From assembly GCF_035594765.1 (NCBI RefSeq), contig NC_085846.1:5939190-6003189 (forward strand): a DNA stretch of 64,000 bases, read 5' to 3'. The notes under the pieces were generated by a model. That model had not been told where the DNA came from. It saw only the letters and a list, made by a program, of their open reading frames with translations, and did not search any database. The position numbers and the translations under genes were made by a program. This stretch comes from Anolis carolinensis (lineage: Eukaryota). This document shows positions 61,003 through 64,000 of this stretch, piece after piece; positions within the stretch are counted from its first letter, which is position 1; every line of letters begins with the position of its first letter.

Positions 61003-61194
61003 GATGGGTCAGAGCAAGCCATGTCCAACCTCCAGTTCCTCTCCATCCTGAAAGAACCATTCCAAGAGCTTTCTACGCTGCGGCCCAAAGATATCCCCGA
61101 AAAGCTGCCTCACCTCATCAGCCTCGTCCGTATTGTGTGGGTCAACTCTCCGTACTATAACAGCCGGGAAAAAGTCACAGCTCTCTTTCGAAAG
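61003..61194 (+). CDS. DNAH2: DNAH2 coding exon 7 (DGSEQAMSNLQFLSILKEP...VWVNSPYYNSREKVTALFRK)
   Basis: 192 nt, AG/GT bounded; matches human DGSRQAQSNLTFLSILKEP...IWVNSPHYN. Confidence 0.96.
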
Positions 61195-61950
61195 GTGCTG
61201 GTGCTGCTTCTTTTTTCACAACACCACTCCATTTCTTTCTGTTTCTAACACAAACATTTCCAAACACCTTTTCTGTCAGGAAAAAAAAAACTACAAAAAG
61301 TTGTTTTAAAAGAATAAGAAAGTGAGAAAAAGAGTTAGTTAAAAAATTACACCAACAAAAAGCAGTCTTGGGTCATACCACATCAGCCGAGGCAGGTATT
61401 TGGAAGGACAACCAGCTGTTAAAAGCCTTGAAGAATCAAATGATGGAGCCAAGCCTGCCTGGGGAATGCATTCTGGACCAGGGTGCCATAACTGAAAGGG
61501 CTCTCCTCATAATCCCATCCCACCATCCTTGGAATATGGAATGTTTAGACCGCAGCCATTATCATCAATTCCATGTGGGAGAATTTGGCAGAGCTGGCTT
61601 TGCTATTGGCCGCTGTGCGGTTGCTATTTGAAGCAGCTGATTGGAGTGTCATGAAAATTGAGCAAATGGTCAATTATTTCTTTTTAATTATTTGTATCAC
61701 CAGATGAGATGTTTGGGCAATTTTCAGCCAAAATGTGTGCCAAAGGAACTTGGCCTGCTTTGGCTAATAAGCATTGTGATTGGAGTGGGCATAGGATGTG
61801 CTGCTTTGATTCGGGCAGTAAAATTTTTTGGGACTGCCTTACTGTCTGGCAAGATAAGGCAGTCTCAGACATTTGGTGGCATCTCGTTGCCTGTCTGAGC
61901 TAAAAGATGGCAAGGAGGACGGTCCTCAAGCAGTGTCTCTTCTGCTTTAG

Positions 61951-62108
61951 ATGAGCAACAAAATAATCCAGATGTGCTGCAAAGACATCTCCCTGGACCG
62001 CTTGTTTGAGGGTTATATCAACTCTGCCCGGCAGACACTTCACGGATGTATCTCCTGCATGTCATCATGGAAAGATTGCTACCAGCATGCGGCCTACATG
62101 CACAACAA
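61951..62108 (+). CDS. DNAH2: DNAH2 coding exon 8 (MSNKIIQMCCKDISLDRLFEGY...SWKDCYQHAAYMHN)
   Basis: 158 nt; acceptor ctttAG, donor AA|GTAAGA; matches human MSNEIIRLCCHAISLDRIFEGY. It is not in the ORF track. Confidence 0.94.
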
Positions 62109-64000
62109 GTAAGAGACCAAGGATGTGTTGGGAGCAGGGTTTGGAAAAGGAGTTCTTTGTTGTTGACAGCTCCCAAATTGGCCTTGCTGCCTAGAGGATT
62201 GTGGGAGTGGTCTTCCAAGTAAAGGAGCTTTTCCAGGATGTGGTTGGGAGTTGATCTGGGAGAACTCAATCCTGAATTGTGATGAATGAGAACCATGGAT
62301 CCATCTAGCCCAGTGCCATACTCCACATGGCAAAGACAACACTCCTGGGTCCTTTAATTCAGATGGGCAAATGTCAGGTGTTTGGAGGATTGCACTTGCC
62401 ACAAGGGGACCTAGGAGATCCCTCAAGAACGTGTGGGTAATTTAATCATGTTTTATGCTATTTTTGGACAAGGTGAGGCCGTTGTTTCCAATAGGTAGCA
62501 ACACCAAGGTTGTGTGCATCACATCCAGTTGGGAAAAGGGACTTCTCTTGGATGTACAGTGACCATCACAGGTGTCAAATATCTGGTAGAATTGCTGCTC
62601 ACACCTCCTAAGGAATATTTGGGGATATCTGTGACAAAAACATTGATTTTTTTTAAAAAGAAACGAATGGGCCACATGTTGCCTATGAACAACATGCGTA
62701 TTTTCCCCATCCCTACTTTAATTGAAAATTCCAGGAGTTGTTCTGTGAGTCTACACATGATCATTGTGTTGATGATCCCTCACAAAGGCGAATAGAAAAT
62801 AGAAGTGGATTTGTGGTTTTCTCATGGGGATCGGCGTGCCAAGGAAAGCCCTTCCTTCTCCGTCACGGCCCTGCCTTCTCGCAGGCTGCTGGCTGCCTCG
62901 CTGCCAGTCCAATTGTATTTGTGCTTCTTTCCATTTGAAAGATCCCATCTGAGTTCTTATGAGAGCAGGCTTTTAGATCTTCCTGCTCTAGCAGACAATC
63001 CCAGCAGGCCTGGAGGCTGGGGCAAGCTGATTTCAGTGTGTGCGTATAGGCACATGCACATATGTGTGCGTGCAAGTTCATTCTCTGTTTGGCAAAGAGT
63101 CGGGTCTTTGTTATCTTCCCTCAGCTCGGATCTGGGAAAGTGTGGTTTTCTGAGACAATAAGCAGGACAGTGAACGCAATTTTGGGGAGAAAAACTTTGG
63201 GAGCGTACACCTTTGTCAGTTATGGCATGGTTGAATAAGCCACAAGGTTTTATGTGTCGTTTCCAAAAACTCCCAAACCCTTTTTGACCATAGTGGGACC
63301 AAATCAACATTGTCTGATGAAGCTTTGAAAACTTGCATAATTTACAATTTTGTACTTTTTAGGTGGGTCAGTAAAGCTTGTGAACTTTGGATTTTGCTGG
63401 AAAAGGATTGTTTTCAAAGTATCCTTCACATATCTGAAAAGCAACTCTACCTGGGGTTTCTTCCATCTTCCCTTAGATTCTTCCTTATATGGTTTTTCTC
63501 CCCTCCCCACCATAACAGCCCTAGTGGTTTCTGAGCAGGAAGCCAGCTATACAGATTGCATGGGCGAATTCTGTCCTTTGTGAAATGGCCTTCCTTGTAA
63601 ACTGTGGGCCTTGATGAGCAGAGGCCATTTGAGCTGGAAAGACAGGAGTGTCTGGTGGGCCTGCTTTTTATGGCCCCTGTCTGCCCTTCCTCCGGATCCT
63701 GATGGCAGCCGAGCCTTGGCTCCACCGGCTCCACTCCAGTCCTGGCCCCATCTTCTGTTCCCTGATTCTCCTAGCTGTACTTCAGAAATAATGCAACATA
63801 ATCCATCATTATGATTAGGGATGTCAGGTTTAAGTGGGTGCCTGGTCCTTGACAATTAAGTCTAAGTGTTACTTGTCTGCTTCAAATTCAAATTAGTGGG
63901 GCTGGATCAATATCATAAAAGATATAAAGACATTTAACATGCAAGAAGCTCTGATGGAAGGCAGGCGCGGCTGGGCCTGGATTAGGCACTCGAGCCTTGC

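Noticed and set aside
62109-64000. Next DNAH2 exon (expected GWVLDQTSIFAQVDAF-like)
   Set aside because: Not found by eye; it probably lies beyond the window.

Overview
This is vertebrate genomic DNA, almost certainly squamate and most likely Anolis lizard, inferred from the repeat families present (Sauria SINE, SPIN/hAT1-type MITEs, Vingi, Penelope, Dong/R4, CR1, Bov-B). It holds two protein-coding genes in divergent orientation. (1) An intact CCT8-like chaperonin retrogene with a single coding exon lies on the minus strand (CDS 6777-8432, 551 aa). It has a 5'-UTR splice acceptor 3 nt before the ATG and an AATAAA about 40 nt after the stop. (2) The 5' part of axonemal dynein heavy chain 2 (DNAH2) lies on the plus strand: a CpG-rich promoter with a perfect RFX X-box at ~32.8-33.15 kb and eight phase-consistent coding exons from 35099 to 62108; the gene continues beyond the window. 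The rest is dense, nested transposable-element sequence. It includes five solo LTRs with perfect 5-bp TSDs, inverted Penelope insertions carrying minimal hammerhead-ribozyme motifs (one with an intact core), a Helitron inside a hAT, a mariner with ~250-bp inverted ends, and a Tc1-type MITE flanked by a 202-bp direct duplication. I see no prokaryotic system or CRISPR array and cannot demonstrate a wholly new biological system. The best leads are the reptilian CCT8L-type retrogene, the hammerhead-bearing Penelope minis, the 202-bp MITE-linked duplication and a possible antisense transcript inside DNAH2. All homology calls rest on sequences recalled from memory, not on database searches.
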